Shown: positions 12,691-26,080 of the stretch, one piece after another
How positions within the stretch are numbered: position 1 is the stretch's first letter
Layout: the number at the start of each line of letters is the position of its first letter
Origin: Octopus sinensis
Taxonomy: Eukaryota
Length of the DNA: 64,000 bases
Assembly (NCBI RefSeq): GCF_006345805.1
Contig: NC_043006.1
Coordinates: forward strand, 62,124,001-62,188,000
Direction: 5' to 3'
Program-made: the position numbers and the translations under genes
Notes under the pieces: model-generated
Seen by the model: only the letters and a program-made list of their open reading frames with translations
What the model was told of the DNA's origin: nothing
Database searches by the model: none

Positions 12691-12734
12691 TGTGTGCGTA
12701 TGCATATATGTTTATATATACATAAAAAAATATA

Positions 12735-13360
12735 TATAACACCCAACCTCAAAATACTTCCATACATTTCCACCCAAAACCCCAAACACATCGAAGCATA
12801 CACCACAATCATACAAAACCTCCCCTTACTCTCCACATACCCCAAAAGAATGATATTATCAATACAACTAAAATTCCTAAATGCAAAAGGCAACATAAAT
12901 CATTGAAAAAAACTCCTAACAAATACCAAACTTCACACACCACATCCACCCCATCAGTTAGAAAATGTGCACGTCCTAACTGTGATACCTGTCGCTTTCT
13001 AACTGAAGGCTCTGAATATACTTTCAAACAAGGAACAAAGTTTAAAATCAAGACCAACTTCTCTTGCTACTCAGAGAACTTCATTTATGTTCTTACATGC
13101 GCCGGTTGCCAACACAATTATATCGGACAAACGAGCCTTCCTTTACGTAGAAGAGTAACAGTCCATAAAGAACAGATAAATCTCCCACAATACCGCCAAA
13201 TTCTACTCAGTAGCCACATAAACCCTTGCGCTAGAAATAAAAATCCCAAATTGCATATATTCCCTTTCTATGAATGTAAAGACAGAATCTATACACAAAA
13301 AGAATCAGCAAGGAGAATCTTTTTATTGAAAAATTCCAAACGCTTCTTAATATGACCGTA
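12735..13360 (+). pseudogene. Neptune-like PLE C-terminus: Cys-rich linker and GIY-YIG endonuclease
   Basis: KCARPNCDTC..FSCYSENFIYVLTCAGCQHNYIGQT..LRRRVTVH..SSHI..PFY in ORF 12903..13355. Confidence 0.9.
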
Positions 13361-13849
13361 TTCCTTTTTGTGGCATCCTGTCTGACAAAAATAGATATAA
13401 GCATCCTGTTTGAGAAACAATCTAGCATTCCAATTAAAGAATATAAAATCCACAGAAGTGCCTCCCCTACTTAAAGGAACTGTATATCTCCTACCCCATT
13501 TCCTGTTTTGACACATCAACATCCAACAAAACACTACACCAAAATACATGCACCTTAATCCTCCAAATAAGTTTTTCCATGGACTAATATTGAACTCTAA
13601 AAGCATAAAGATACTACGATGTATTGAAATACTTACTTATTAAGTTTTGTATATATTTATTATTTTTTTGAAAAATCATTGTAAATTTAGTTTTTCCCCT
13701 TCCTCAATTTAAAAAAAAATCTCTTCCAATCATTGAAAATTCGCCTTGCAATGGTAAGCCGATTTGATTTCTCTTTTTAATTTTTCATACACCCATTTTT
13801 ATTAAAATTTACTTTCAGTTTAGCGTTCACCCTTATTATTTTTTCCTCT

Positions 13850-13999
<150 letters not shown>

Positions 14000-14100
14000 C
14001 GAGTAAGCACATAAATGTGAAACAAGGTGGAAAAAAGAGTACTCGAATACCAGAGGTAGAGTAATATGCTTTAATTTAAAGCAGCAAAAATGTAACAAAG

Positions 14101-14140
14101 ACTGTTCCTCGGAGTTTCACGGTCCCGTTCGTCGGACAGT
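14101..14140 (-). ncRNA. Hammerhead-like motif with U4C core and mutated U16.1, in a PLE-type end (13997..14160) abutting (TA)n
   Basis: actgt-CCGACGA-acgg(ga)ccgt-GAAA-ctccgag-GA-acagt; perfect 5-bp stem I. Confidence 0.6.
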
Positions 14141-14240
14141 TTTGTTAAAATAGAACCAAAATGACAACGTGATCAAAACTAGCTAAACGATACACCTTTA
14201 AAAATGGATTTGTTTCATTGGTCCTTTCAAATAACGGTCA

Positions 14241-14391
14241 TAGGCAAGCGATAAACAAAACAAAATAAATGAGTTCAATATAAATTAATAACAATATGGA
14301 TTTGAATCAACTCTTCGATTTAAAGTTTTCCTCGATTTTTATAATTTATATTGAACTCATTTATTTTGTATTGTTTACTTTTCCTTGCCTA
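14241..14391. mobile_element. Small MITE-like element with about 47-bp TIRs
   Basis: taggcaag..caaaataaatgagttcaatataaatta (14241..14287) versus its reverse complement at 14342..14391. Confidence 0.7.
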
Positions 14392-14769
14392 AGGGGAAAT
14401 TTAAACTGATACAGAACATTTACATACGTCATGCAATACATTATCACCTGCGAACAACAGAATACTACAAAATAAGTTGAAGTTGGGTACATTGTGCGCC
14501 GTATTACACTGACAAGCCCAATCTTCGTTACTCCATTTGGGTGTCGGCGAGATGTATGCTGTCCGCTGCAGGCACATATCTATAGAATAAGCGCTGATGT
14601 GTATAATCGTATGGTTTCGGCTCAGTTCCACCATGTGCAAACTAGGGCAAGTATCTTCTGCTATGCCTTCTGGCCAACCAAAGCCATCGGTGTGGATCTG
14701 GTATACTGAAATTGAAAGAGACGCATCGTATATATGTGTATGCGAGGGCAGTGTTACCTATGAAGAGAG

Positions 14770-14980
14770 ACTGAAAGATAAAATCTGATAGTATAAAATT
14801 ACAAGAGAATAATGTTTGATCGCTGAGGAGTAATGAGTGTTACACATACCTTGGGGTTTTGCAAACCGATACGATAACTGGAAAGAAAAATGAGGGAGGA
14901 AATCTCAAAAGGGTATCAGGGATTTAGAAAGGCTCGCGAAATAAAATTATATGGAGAGAATATTATGAAAGAAATAATTA
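14770..14980 (+). pseudogene. R4/Dong-like non-LTR RT thumb fragment
   Basis: ECYTYLGVLQTDTI..MREEISKGY..KLYGENIMKEII pattern. Confidence 0.5.
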
Positions 14981-16010
14981 TATAATTATATGTCAATATA
15001 AATACATTCTGATTCCTCTCCGAAATGGATATAGATCGAGATATAGAACTTAACTGCCTCAGAGCAGGAAAGGGATTTTAATATTTCCCCAAGCTAATGA
15101 GCCAAAGGATGATGAATGCGGCGAGTAAAAAGAAGTCATCACGTTACAGACAAAACGATGTAAACAGCAGCAACAACGATCAACATTATACACTCACTAG
15201 ACAAGATTGAATATCTCAAGGATAAGTTATAATTAACTGCCTACTGGAAAAGACATCTGAATATAAGAAAATGTAATGTAAATCATCTGACGAGTAAATA
15301 TTATATAAATTTATTAAGGAAATCAAACAGTCTGTAAACACATGCCTTCTAAAGAACGCATGCCCATCGTTTCTCAGAAACACGATAAACATAAAGTATT
15401 GAACAGCATCTATAAGAGCTACAGTGCAATAACAGTATTGCATCACTGGAATAAGCACTATGTTTATTAGACACTACACAGCTAACCAAGACTAACCCAC
15501 ATTAAGTGTTAATATGTATTCATATAATTAATTGCATGTATAAAAATCATGAACTCGTCGAGAACTGTGTTATTCAAGAACAGCAAAATACTGACTAAAT
15601 ATATTACACTGTACATTATGTATTTAACCGATACTACAAAGAAAGTGGTATTCTTATTCTGGAGAAGGCATCACTTCTATATTGTTCTTCGTTCATTCTT
15701 AGTGAATATGTAAGTACTTAATTAAAAACCAAAACACAATATCAAATTATGTGGCATCTATCTGTCTTAACTCACTCAGTTCAATTTTTTTAAGGATTTC
15801 AGTAAAATATACTATACATAATTGGTAAATATAACACCGGCTAAAATTAATAAAATTGGAGGAAAGAATTTACCAGGAATATACTGTAAATACGCCACCT
15901 AGTGCTGCTCCGAAAAGAATAGTAAGAAAACACGCACGCACACATAGACACACATATAAAATACACATACAGAAATACCCATGCACATATAGATATGTGT
16001 GCATATGTAT

Positions 16011-16056
<46 letters not shown>

Positions 16057-16080
16057 ATGTATATATATGCATATATATAA

Positions 16081-16167
16081 AATACAAAATGGGACATAAT
16101 ATTTTGTTGTACCTTTTTATATCACTTAGTTGTACGAATGTTTTGGATTCTTGTCCCATTTTGTATT
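16081..16167. repeat. Mini fold-back with perfect 16-bp inverted ends inside (TA)n
   Basis: aatacaaaatgggaca (16081..16096) and tgtcccattttgtatt (16152..16167). Confidence 0.85.
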
Positions 16168-16171
16168 ATAT

Positions 16172-16222
<51 letters not shown>

Positions 16223-16249
16223 TACATATATATATATATATGCGTTAAT

Positions 16250-17680
16250 GAACAAGCAATTCAGAATAATTCTAATGAAAATATCGCCGACCATGACAAC
16301 GATATTGGAAATGAAGTTTCCTGTCTATTTTGACAACGTTTTGAATATCTAATTAAAAGGAATATTTGCAACGATACCTTAAAATACGCCGTCAACAACT
16401 GCAAAATTAGATTATAGAACTTATGAAATAATTTATTCTGAATCAAATGAGCGATGATATTCGTGATGACATTCGATACGCCTATCTTTAGAGTTGAATG
16501 CCATAGAACTCGTTCATCTACTAATAGTGACAATATTTCAATAAGTGTGAGGTTTGTAAAATCAGAAAGTATCAGAAAGTCTTGTCGCTTAACTATGAAC
16601 AAAAGCTCAAAGGCTGAAAGTTTAGCTAATGCTATTATTCAGAGTATTAAAACATCTGGATGAAAGTCGGAGAGCATTTTTCTTAGTGCTATGATGTTAC
16701 CTCAGCAATGTCTGGTTGTCCCGTTGGTGTTCAGAAGGTAATGCAACAGAAAACTGGAAATGAAATACTTTATGAGCACTGTTTCAATCCTCGGATACAT
16801 TTGGTGGTAGTTCACGCGATTGAAAAGTTTGGGGATGTAAGATTGCATTGGAAGACTTGTAAAGTGCTTTATAATTTTCTGCATAGACCAAGGTTATTTT
16901 TTACTGCATACAAAGATACACATTCAAAGCGCTTACTAGAACAACGACGATCAAGGGATCTAACAAGTTTATCGCTAAACGTACAAATCATAAACATATA
17001 GTGGAATTACTTCGAGATGCAGAACACAGCAGTTCTTACATTTAACATCAGAATTGAAGCAGCGAATGTCTTGAATAAGATTTATTCTTGATGATACTCT
17101 AGATACACCAAACAAATTGGTGCAAAGTGGCTTATTTGAAGGAATGCTTCTAATAAATACTGTACTGGATATTTTGAAAGAAATGAAAACAGGCAAGGGA
17201 AAATTGCATAGCACCTTTTCTCAGGCTAAGAAATGTATTACGCGACGCACACATATTAGAGTTTCAGAGTATATTGCACAATTGTCAGTAATAATGTCAA
17301 CGCTGTGTCATGGCGATTCTGACAACAAGTATGTACTACATTTTAAATAGTATACACAGCGTTGCTTTGGATAACTTTATTGGAAATATTGAAAGTCACT
17401 TTAATGAACGCAGCGCTAAAATATTCTCAGCTTTGCCTTGTGAATCAGAAGCATTCTTAGAAGTTTTGAAGATTAACTCGTAAGGTTAAATACTTTGGGC
17501 AGCTCATTTTACAACGAACTACGCGTTGCTAATCGTTACATTTTAGAAACTATTACTTCTAAGAAGCGGTCAGATATCTGTTCTGTTCTATATTCATTTT
17601 AGGCTGCTTTTCAAGATATCTACAAATTGTTCGCTGCATCACGTTTGCTGCAAGCTATGATTCTTAATTCCACATGGCTT
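16250..17680 (+). pseudogene. Decayed hAT transposase (ZMYM1/DUF4371-like)
   Basis: DNISISVRFV..KAESLANAII and MSGCPVGVQ..YEHCFNPRIHLVV match the hAT 'MSG..GVQ..Y.HC..H.L.L' motif. Confidence 0.75.
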
Positions 17681-18076
17681 CATATCCTTTCGCCTTACTA
17701 TGCTACATCAACTAAAAAACTATCTTGTTATACATGCATTCATGGACAGCTACACACACACACACGCACACACACAAAAGTATATTGAAATGTTTTTCAA
17801 CATTTATGTTCTAAATCACGAAAATTATAAATATTTTAATGAATGCTTGATAACTATATTTGCTTAATTTACAATACTTTTATAAATTTTGTACATTTTC
17901 AGTATTAGCACAATCTTCAGAAGTTGTGATATATTTGGTTTAAATAGAGGACAGGTCTAATAATCTGATTATATGATGATTAAAAGGATCCTATTTAATT
18001 TGCTAAATTTCATAAAATAATGTGTATTAATAAAAACGAATATACTGTAAATGTTTTAGAATCATCATAGTTCATA

Positions 18077-18307
18077 TTCTCTTTACTCTTTACTCTTTTA
18101 CTCTTTTATTTGTTTCAGTCATTTGACTGCGGCCATACTGGAGCACCGCCTTTAGTCGAGCAAATCGACCCCGGGACTTATTCTTTGTAAGCCCAGTACT
18201 TATTTTATCGGTCTGTTTTGCCGAACCGCTATGTGACGGGGACGTAAACACACCAGCATAGGTTGTCAAGCAATGCTAGAGGGACAAACACCTACACACA
18301 AACATAT

Positions 18308-18365
<58 letters not shown>

Positions 18366-18510
18366 CATATATACGACAGGCTTCTTTCAGTTTCCATCTA
18401 CCAAATCCACTCACAAGGCTTTGGTCGGCCCGAGGCTATAGAAGAAGACACTTGCCCAAGATGCCACGCAGTGGGACTGAATCCGGAACCATGTGGTTGG
18501 TAGTCAAGCT
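18077..18510 (-). mobile_element. SINE family B, near full-length with internal microsatellite
   Basis: tRNA-like head (reverse complement of gcagtgggactgaatccgg) and (ttactct)n tail; homologous to the 20185 and 37088 copies. Confidence 0.9.
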
Positions 18511-20059
18511 TAAACCGCACATCTGAACAAGTTACAGCTTGATGCATCCTTCGGAAAAGTGTAGAGTTGAGAAAGCACCCAGTATATTCTGAAGTACCTA
18601 AAAGCTCTAAAGCCTGGTGACGGGCATTTCACGTAGGCTGCTATTTCCGCTGTAACGTCTGTAAACATTAATCAGAATTTTCGCCTTATTTACTATTATC
18701 AAGTGTCATTTTTGCCTGTTTAATATGCACAAAATATCTCCCGTCAAATGGGAAAGTCGAGGTTATTCTTGATGTACGGTTTTACTGCAGGATAGTAATG
18801 GATTGCGAATATTTTGTATATTGGAAGTATTGCTGGTAGCAATAGGATATCCATTCTAATATTTCGAAATCGACCTGTAGATATTTCTGCCATGAATTGT
18901 TTATCCCCGATACATATTCCACAATGGAACCCTTCCCTTTCTCTTCGGAGAACAGCGTTAAATGAATGTATTCTGTTTTGAGACTTGTGATTTTATTTAG
19001 AGTTACTAATGCATATACTACTGGGTATTAAATAGCAACTTCCCAGATTACGTAGAATATTTAGTTTGAAAAACTGCTGGTTTCTTGTTTTAAGTATTTT
19101 TACATTTAAAATTATATATACATTTACAATTATTCTGTTCGTGATGAATGGCTAAAATGTGAAACAATGCAGAAATATAAGTCTCAAATATTATAATTCC
19201 ACTTAGAATAATACGAATTTAATATAATTCGCGTTTAAGCTCCGTGGACATGCACGTGTGTGTGTGTATGTGTGTGTGTGTGCGTGTGTGTGTGTGTGTG
19301 TATGTGTGTGTGTGTGTGTTTGTGTGTCTATATGCGTGATATATTAAAACCATTCATATATTCCAGTTCACTCAATTTGCTTGCGATCTTGGTATTTTTC
19401 GAATTTTCTTTTTGTATGAAAAATACATACAACATTAATCTTTTCTCGACTTTCCCAGATTCTTTCAAGATTATGAAATGCTTTTCGCTTCTATACTGTC
19501 TGTTTTATTGTGGACGAATGTTATTTAGGCATTTTCTCCCTGTTTCATATCTGCGACATATTTAATAGTCTCTGTTAATTTTAGTCGTGTTTCCTGCGAC
19601 GAGTATTTTGTGGGGAATTCAGAAAAATATGCGCCAATGGTCTATGAATATTTTTGTATTTTGCTTTGCCTCACGATGTGGGATGCAGTTTGTTAAAATT
19701 TGTTTTTCTTGTAAACGAATGGACCAAGAAGTTTTACCATCACACTTACTTCTATAAATTATAGCTTAGTTGCTAGAGGTTTTCTTAGAATTGTATTATT
19801 TTGTAGTGCTGTTAATAATGAAAATGTTGTTTTAATGTTATAACGATTTTAGCGTCAGTTCTCGGATTGCTTAAACTTATGGGACTTTGACCTCACATAT
19901 TTTTCTACGAAACCAAATTATTGATTTTGTAGCTCAAAATGTAGCTTGGGATATGAACAATCTAAAAATGTGTATATATATTTTTAGATGTGTATATAAA
20001 TGTGTATATTTTCATATATTTATATAAATGTGAAATTTACAGTTGAAATTTATACAATT

Positions 20060-20180
20060 GAAAATTATAGAAAAGTAAAAGACAAAGAAGATGGATGTAT
20101 AAACGACAAGCAGCTGTATTAGTTTAACGCTAGGGAAGGTGAGAAAGTCTTTTAAGTTTCGAGCCTACGCTCTTCAACAT
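20060..20180 (-). mobile_element. PLE-type 3' end with truncated HHR (gagc-gtag-gctc family)
   Basis: tgttgaa-gagcgtaggctc-GAAA-cttaaaag; homologous to the 38500 and 55345 copies. Confidence 0.6.
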
Positions 20181-20184
20181 ATAT

Positions 20185-20437
20185 ATTCTTTTATTCTTCT
20201 ATTTGTTTCAGTCATTTTACTGTTGCCATGCTGGAGCACCGCTTTTAGTCGAGCCAGCTGGATCCAGGACTTATTCTTTGCAAGCCCAGTACTTATTCTA
20301 TCAGTCTTTTTTACGGTTTTCCATCTACCAAATTCACTCCCAAGAATTTGGTCGGCTCATGGTGTCCAAGATGCCACGGAGTGGGACTGAAATCGGAACC
20401 ATGTGGTTGATAAGCGAGCTACTTACTACACAGCCGC
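20185..20437 (-). mobile_element. SINE family B, internally deleted
   Basis: Homologous to both ends of 18077..18510. Confidence 0.85.
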
Positions 20438-21233
20438 TGCTGTATATATATATATACTTATTATTATTTTCTTATTATTATTGTTTAAATATATCTCGTA
20501 GGCACTTCCTGGAGAGACGTTCCAATAGTGAGTGTACAGTGAAAATTATTATAAATTTCAGTTTAACTATCTTCTTTTTCAATTAGAGGTTGGAAAATTC
20601 AGTAGACGATATTCAGATCTTAGCTTGAAATTTGTAAGATAAAAAAACTATAGGTTTAGTATAGGAATCAAAATGATAAAGTTGTAGCATTTATATATCA
20701 CTATGAATATCAATGTTACTGAAGATCTTCCTGATTTGGAAAACCATTACTCTGCATGGATACTGCGATCTGTATATATATATACATCGTAATTTTGTTG
20801 GGTATTTTCCTTAGAAACAGTATGTGTTTATAGATTATTGTAATTGCTTTCTTAACTATGCTATATAAATATTTTTTTCCGATTAACGCAATTGAATTCA
20901 CCTGTCTATAATTTTCTGGAAAGTTCTAAATGATAAATGACAGATTAAAATTACAGATACAGATTGAATACTAATCGGATATAACCATCATATAACCATC
21001 CACGTGTACATACTGATGCTTATGAGTTTATGCGTGTGTGTGTCTGTATGTGTATGTGTATGTGTGTGTTGGAAGTTATGTATTCGTTTTGAAATATTTG
21101 TACCTCTGTTAATACACTGATAAAAGGAAGTAATTGTGCACCTACATGCATTCATACTTACATAGATATGCACATACACACACACACACACACACCCATA
21201 TACACACACACATATATATATATAATATATATA

Positions 21234-21266
<33 letters not shown>

Positions 21267-21360
21267 AATACATATTGATTGTTTGGTTGATAGATATATA
21301 CATACATAGATAGATTCGCTCACATACATGCAAATATATATACATTTCATTTCTTATCTA

Positions 21361-22539
21361 GGATCTTTTCAAATTTGTGGCCAGGACCCCAGATCTTTCT
21401 AGTTAACTAAATAATTTGAAACTTTGTGTACTCATAGAGTGGAACTAGTTTATTCGCCAGTAGGAACTAGTTTATTTGAGAAAAATCTATTTTATGACTT
21501 TAATCGTAGATTAAAACTGCGAATTTTAACCAATGAGATTGCTTGTTTTCATATCTAAAACGTTACTGCGATCTGTTAGTGTGACGTTGAAAGCAGTTTT
21601 GTGACGTCTGCTATTTCTAAAAAGCTTTGTGTGTGGTAAAGTAATTTTTTTACTTTACCATATTTTTATAAATTATATCGGAGAGTCCATATTTTTATAA
21701 CATATATCGGAGAATCCATGTGATTTTTCGTTGTTTTTTCTCTTATACGTATGTGAATTATTTCTGAGTATGCATTGTCTGGGAGACTTTTTCTTGCAGT
21801 TGAGAAATTTTTGGCTGCTATTTCTAAAAAGCTCGGTGTGTGGTTAAGTAATTTTTTTACTTTACCATATTTTTATAAATTAATATATATATATATTATA
21901 TATATATATATATATATAATTTTTTACTCGGTGTATGTGTATATGTATGTCTGCATGTGTGTGTGTATGTATGTGTGTGTGTGTGTAAGTATGTGTAAAA
22001 AATTACATTGAATCGGCCATACATACATACATACACATACACAGATACATACACACATACATTCAGGCATATACACATACACCGAGTAAAAAATTTCAGT
22101 TATCTCTCTCTTTCACACATTACTCTCTCTGTCTCTTCACACACACTAACAGAAGCACTTCACTTACACAACATACTGTCTCCCACACCCCATCAAACAC
22201 ACACACACACACATGTACATCAATGCTTCCCCTAGACGGTAACTTCAAAGACAAACTTTTGTTATTAGAAGGTGGCTGACTATAGCTTGTTTACATTGTT
22301 TAATACGTCACGAAATTGGTGGTCGAGACGGAGTAAATAAAATAAAGCCGAATGACGGAATATCATTGGTTAAAATTCTAATTATTAAACAACGTTAAAC
22401 TTAGAAGTTACAATTCCGTTTTCATTCTGGTTGACAATTAAGTTTACTTTTGACACATTCTACCAGTATACGAAGTTTCAAATTGTTTGGTTCAGTAGGA
22501 AAAATTTGAAAAAACTGGCTTCAGAATAGAAAAGATCCC
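21361..22539. mobile_element. Old non-autonomous DNA transposon with long diverged TIRs (Harbinger-like ends)
   Basis: ggatctttt / aaaagatccc termini. Internal inverted blocks: aatttgaaactt..tact and aattttaaccaatga.att. Confidence 0.6.
21608..21882 (+). mobile_element. Tandem direct-repeat copy of the fold-back family 3' end
   Basis: 21608..21678 is repeated at 21815..21882. 21720..21845 aligns with 62773..62905. Ends at (TA)n. Confidence 0.7.
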
Positions 22540-22748
22540 TTATCTATGTTTTAACAGTCACCTCATTTGGGTACTTGTAGGAATAAAAGATCTTCAGTGT
22601 GCCGTTTCCACATATTTCCAACCGAAACGATGTTTTAACAACAAACAAGATGAGGACAAATACCCGTCAAATGTAAATAAGGTAAATAATATAGTCTATT
22701 CCATTATCCGTGAAGGACTCCGTGTATTGCTAAATTGATGTTCTAATA

Positions 22749-22967
22749 TTATGCATTATTACTTTTTTCTGGATTTCTTATTTCTTCCTTAGAATTAATT
22801 TGATTTATCGTTTGTTCAAAGATTTTGTCGTTATAATAGCCCCGGTTCATAATCACGGTCACGCCATCCTTATCGGCTTCTTTTAGGATAACTGAGTTGT
22901 CGTACTTCAGTGTTAGTAAAGCTTCCGTTTCTTCTGCAACGAGGTTTTTGTTTGCATTTATGGTCAT
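22749..22967 (-). pseudogene. PLE RT N-terminal (DKG) region fragment
   Basis: NLVAEETEALLTLKYDNSVILKEADKDGVTVIMNRGYY. Confidence 0.85.
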
Positions 22968-23594
22968 TGAGAAGGAATTTGGATATTGTGTGTATATAGG
23001 TATCTAAATGTTTGTCGAGAACATTTTAGAATGTGTTTCACTTCGAATAGCAGAGCAATTTCATAAACGAAGAGCATAAGTAATTTGGATACATTTATGT
23101 GATGCATATAACAACCGTACTTTTTTCTCAAACCAGTAAAGTTTTATTGAGATGACTTGATAGGAAAACTTCAGAGCTAAGACTTCAGAAGATGTTGCCA
23201 TTGCACTATATCATTTCTGTGCGTATTTGCGCGCGCGCGCATGTGTGGGTGTGTGATTGTTTGGTTATAAGTCGTAGTAATAAGAAATCGTATTGCAGCA
23301 TAGGTAGACAGGTTTGCTGTTATAGATATGTTTCTGTATTAATATTTATCTATATTTACTTCTACGAAACGGCTATCATAGCTGTATCCGCCATTATCGT
23401 TTCTTTGATTAATTTGCAACTTATTAACCATTAATTAGTTATAGTGGACGACTTTACAATAATGAATTTTACATCTTATCAATATGATTACTTTCACTCA
23501 TTACTAACCTTATCATGCTGAGAGAGAGACGAGCACAATTATAGCGAGATAACGTTGGCAACGTATATACACAAATTCATTCATATAGAACCAA

Positions 23595-23627
<33 letters not shown>

Positions 23628-24074
23628 TACACACACATGCACACACACACACAAACATACAGACACACACACACAAATACACACAGAAATGATTTACTGA
23701 GTGCAATAATAACTTTTTTTCAAGTCTTTCCAATCAAGTTTTTCCAGTGTATAAGAATAGCAAGGATATTTAGTCTAGCGAACAAAAATGTCGCTGCACA
23801 TTATTAAAAAAGATCATTTTTGATGAAAAAAATCAAGCCCGTGATACAAATGCTATTTTGGTTTTTCACTGTTATCACGTTTTTATTTCAGCCAATCTTA
23901 GATCATTTATGTAGTCTCAAATAAAGATATACGAAACTAATCAAAATTTACTTCATAGACTTCCCTTAAGTTTTTGCCAACAGTTTCGCTTCAACTGAGC
24001 ATAGTGCTCTTGTTTACATTTTGCTTCTTACATCTCTGAATCTTTTGCTTCAAGAATACCGATCCACCTGTCGT

Positions 24075-24192
24075 ACTTCTTGCATCGCATTAAATTTTCG
24101 GGATACAACCAGAAAGATAGAATCCGAGTATATACGGGGGCAAAGAAATTTGAAGAGATTGTGAATAAGGATGCCCATGGAACACAATCTAA
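24075..24192 (+). repeat. Isolated duplicate of PLE thumb segment 25315..25435
   Basis: ttttcgggatacaaccagaaagatagaatccgag..gaagagattgtgaataaggatgcccatggaacacaa occurs at both sites. Confidence 0.9.
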
Positions 24193-24989
24193 ATTTATTT
24201 TTGGTGATTTCAAAACAAGAAATAACTGAATCTGCGGGTGAAAAAGAAATAGGTGCATTACGTGCTTTTCTTCTCTTCCTCCTTTTATTAAAGCTCACAA
24301 AATACAAGTTTTCTTTATCAATTTGTTAGGTTCATTATATTCCCGTATTCGGATATATAATTTCACATTCTCAAGACGAATGCGCAAAATGGACTCTGGT
24401 TGGTGTTTTAAAATAAGACCCCACATGCTAATGTGGCATTTTACCCTGTGCCCAAAATAATGCTCGATCACTATCGAATTTTTGAAAGGTTAAGTTCGTA
24501 AAGCTTTTATCTACAGTTGCAACATGGTAAAATAATAGAAAACGCATTTTTGTTTGCAATTCTTGTTATCTCTGACACAGAAAAAAGAAAACACAGTGAA
24601 ATTTTGAATATATCAATCATTAATATTATTATGTAGTATTACAATCTTCCATATGGACTAATGTAATTGAAATTTTTCTACGGATATGGAAGTTATTGGA
24701 GATTATTCAAAAGACAATTTCATATGTTTTTATTTTATTTTATGTTAAAGCAAATGCTTTACATTTAATCAAACAACGTCCTCAATTCATTAACAGTTAC
24801 TTGCATTTCGAGTATGTTAAAAAATATGAGCATGTCTAGGGCGCAGACATCGGTGTCAGTGTGACTGGGGACGTGACGGGCCTCTTCATGACCTGGCGAG
24901 ACAGAAAACTGAAACAAGCTCTCGAGGAACACTCGGGAGCAATCAGACATCAACATCATAGTCAACACACCATCGAACTCTCAGACTCA

Positions 24990-26080
24990 AGAGAACAAGA
25001 GGATCATGATGAAAAGCATCCATCGTATAGCTAATTCCACGCACCAAAGAATCAGGTTAACTACAGATTAACCAACAAAGCACTCAAACAAGAGATTTCC
25101 GGTTCTTGACACAGAACTTTGGTTAAAGTCCATTAATAGCAAAGTTCAAATCCTCCGCTCACACTATATGAAACTTATGTCTTCGAAATATATGATCCAT
25201 AAGTTTTCGGCTCTATTACACAATGTGAAAAATCAATATATTAATAGCCGACTTAGAATAATGAAACATATAACACCCCTGTGCAAAACCGGGAGAAACA
25301 GAAACACACACAAGACTTCTTGCATCGCTTGCAATTTTCGGGATACAACCAGAAAGATAGAATCCGAGTGTATAGGGGATCAAGCAAGAAATTTGAAGAG
25401 ATTGTGAATAAGGATGCCCATGGAACACAACCTAAGTACCGTAGTAAGCAAGTGGAATAAAATACGGAGAATTTATGATAAAAGAAATAAAAAGAATACG
25501 TTGTACAATGCCAACAATTTCCGAGGGGTGATGTTTACAGAAGCCACACCAAATGAAGAACTAGCCTCCAGATTTCGAAGAATCCTAAAGGATATTAATT
25601 TGAACATAAAAGTCAGGGAAAGACTAGTGAAATCCATCAGGTCATTAAAAGGCAAAAAAAAAACAATTCAGAAAGAGCACGTGTGTAGAGGAGAACTACG
25701 TGGTTTCTATATACATCCCCCCTTGGAACTTGTCGGCATAGTACCACGCGTTCTTTTGGCCCTGGTGTCAACTGGAAAAGAAAACAAATGTGGTTTACTG
25801 AATGAACTGTATGGATGGTGATTGTAAACTCCGGAAGACTGCATACAAAGGTGAAACGGTGAGAAGTTTGGCTGAGCGTATAAATGACATTGGAGGGAAT
25901 ACAGGGATCGAAGACAAACCTCGATAATCTACTAGCATGTCAAAGAGCAGCATGCTGGTGTCGTGAACGGGATTAGCGTAGAAATTCTGTCTGGACACCC
26001 GGACGATGCATCGCTACGACAAATAGAGAGTCATTCTTGATAAGCGAAACTCGAACGGTTTTGAATAGTAAATACTCTCA
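24990..26080 (+). pseudogene. PLE RT C-terminus, thumb and GIY-YIG, frameshifted
   Basis: FPVLDTELW..HYMKLMSSK..FSGYNQKDR; YKGETVRSLAERI..HVKEQH..LNSK. Confidence 0.8.

Noticed and set aside
18560-19950. Faint LINE-like coding traces (also about 36560..36700, 44950..45200, 51750..51900 and 63000..63330)
   Set aside because: Too decayed to assign a family or boundaries by eye.
24990-26080. Selenocysteine recoding of PLE stops, as reported for Naiad PLEs
   Set aside because: The endonuclease is C-terminal, stops are of mixed type with frameshifts, and no SECIS was recognised.
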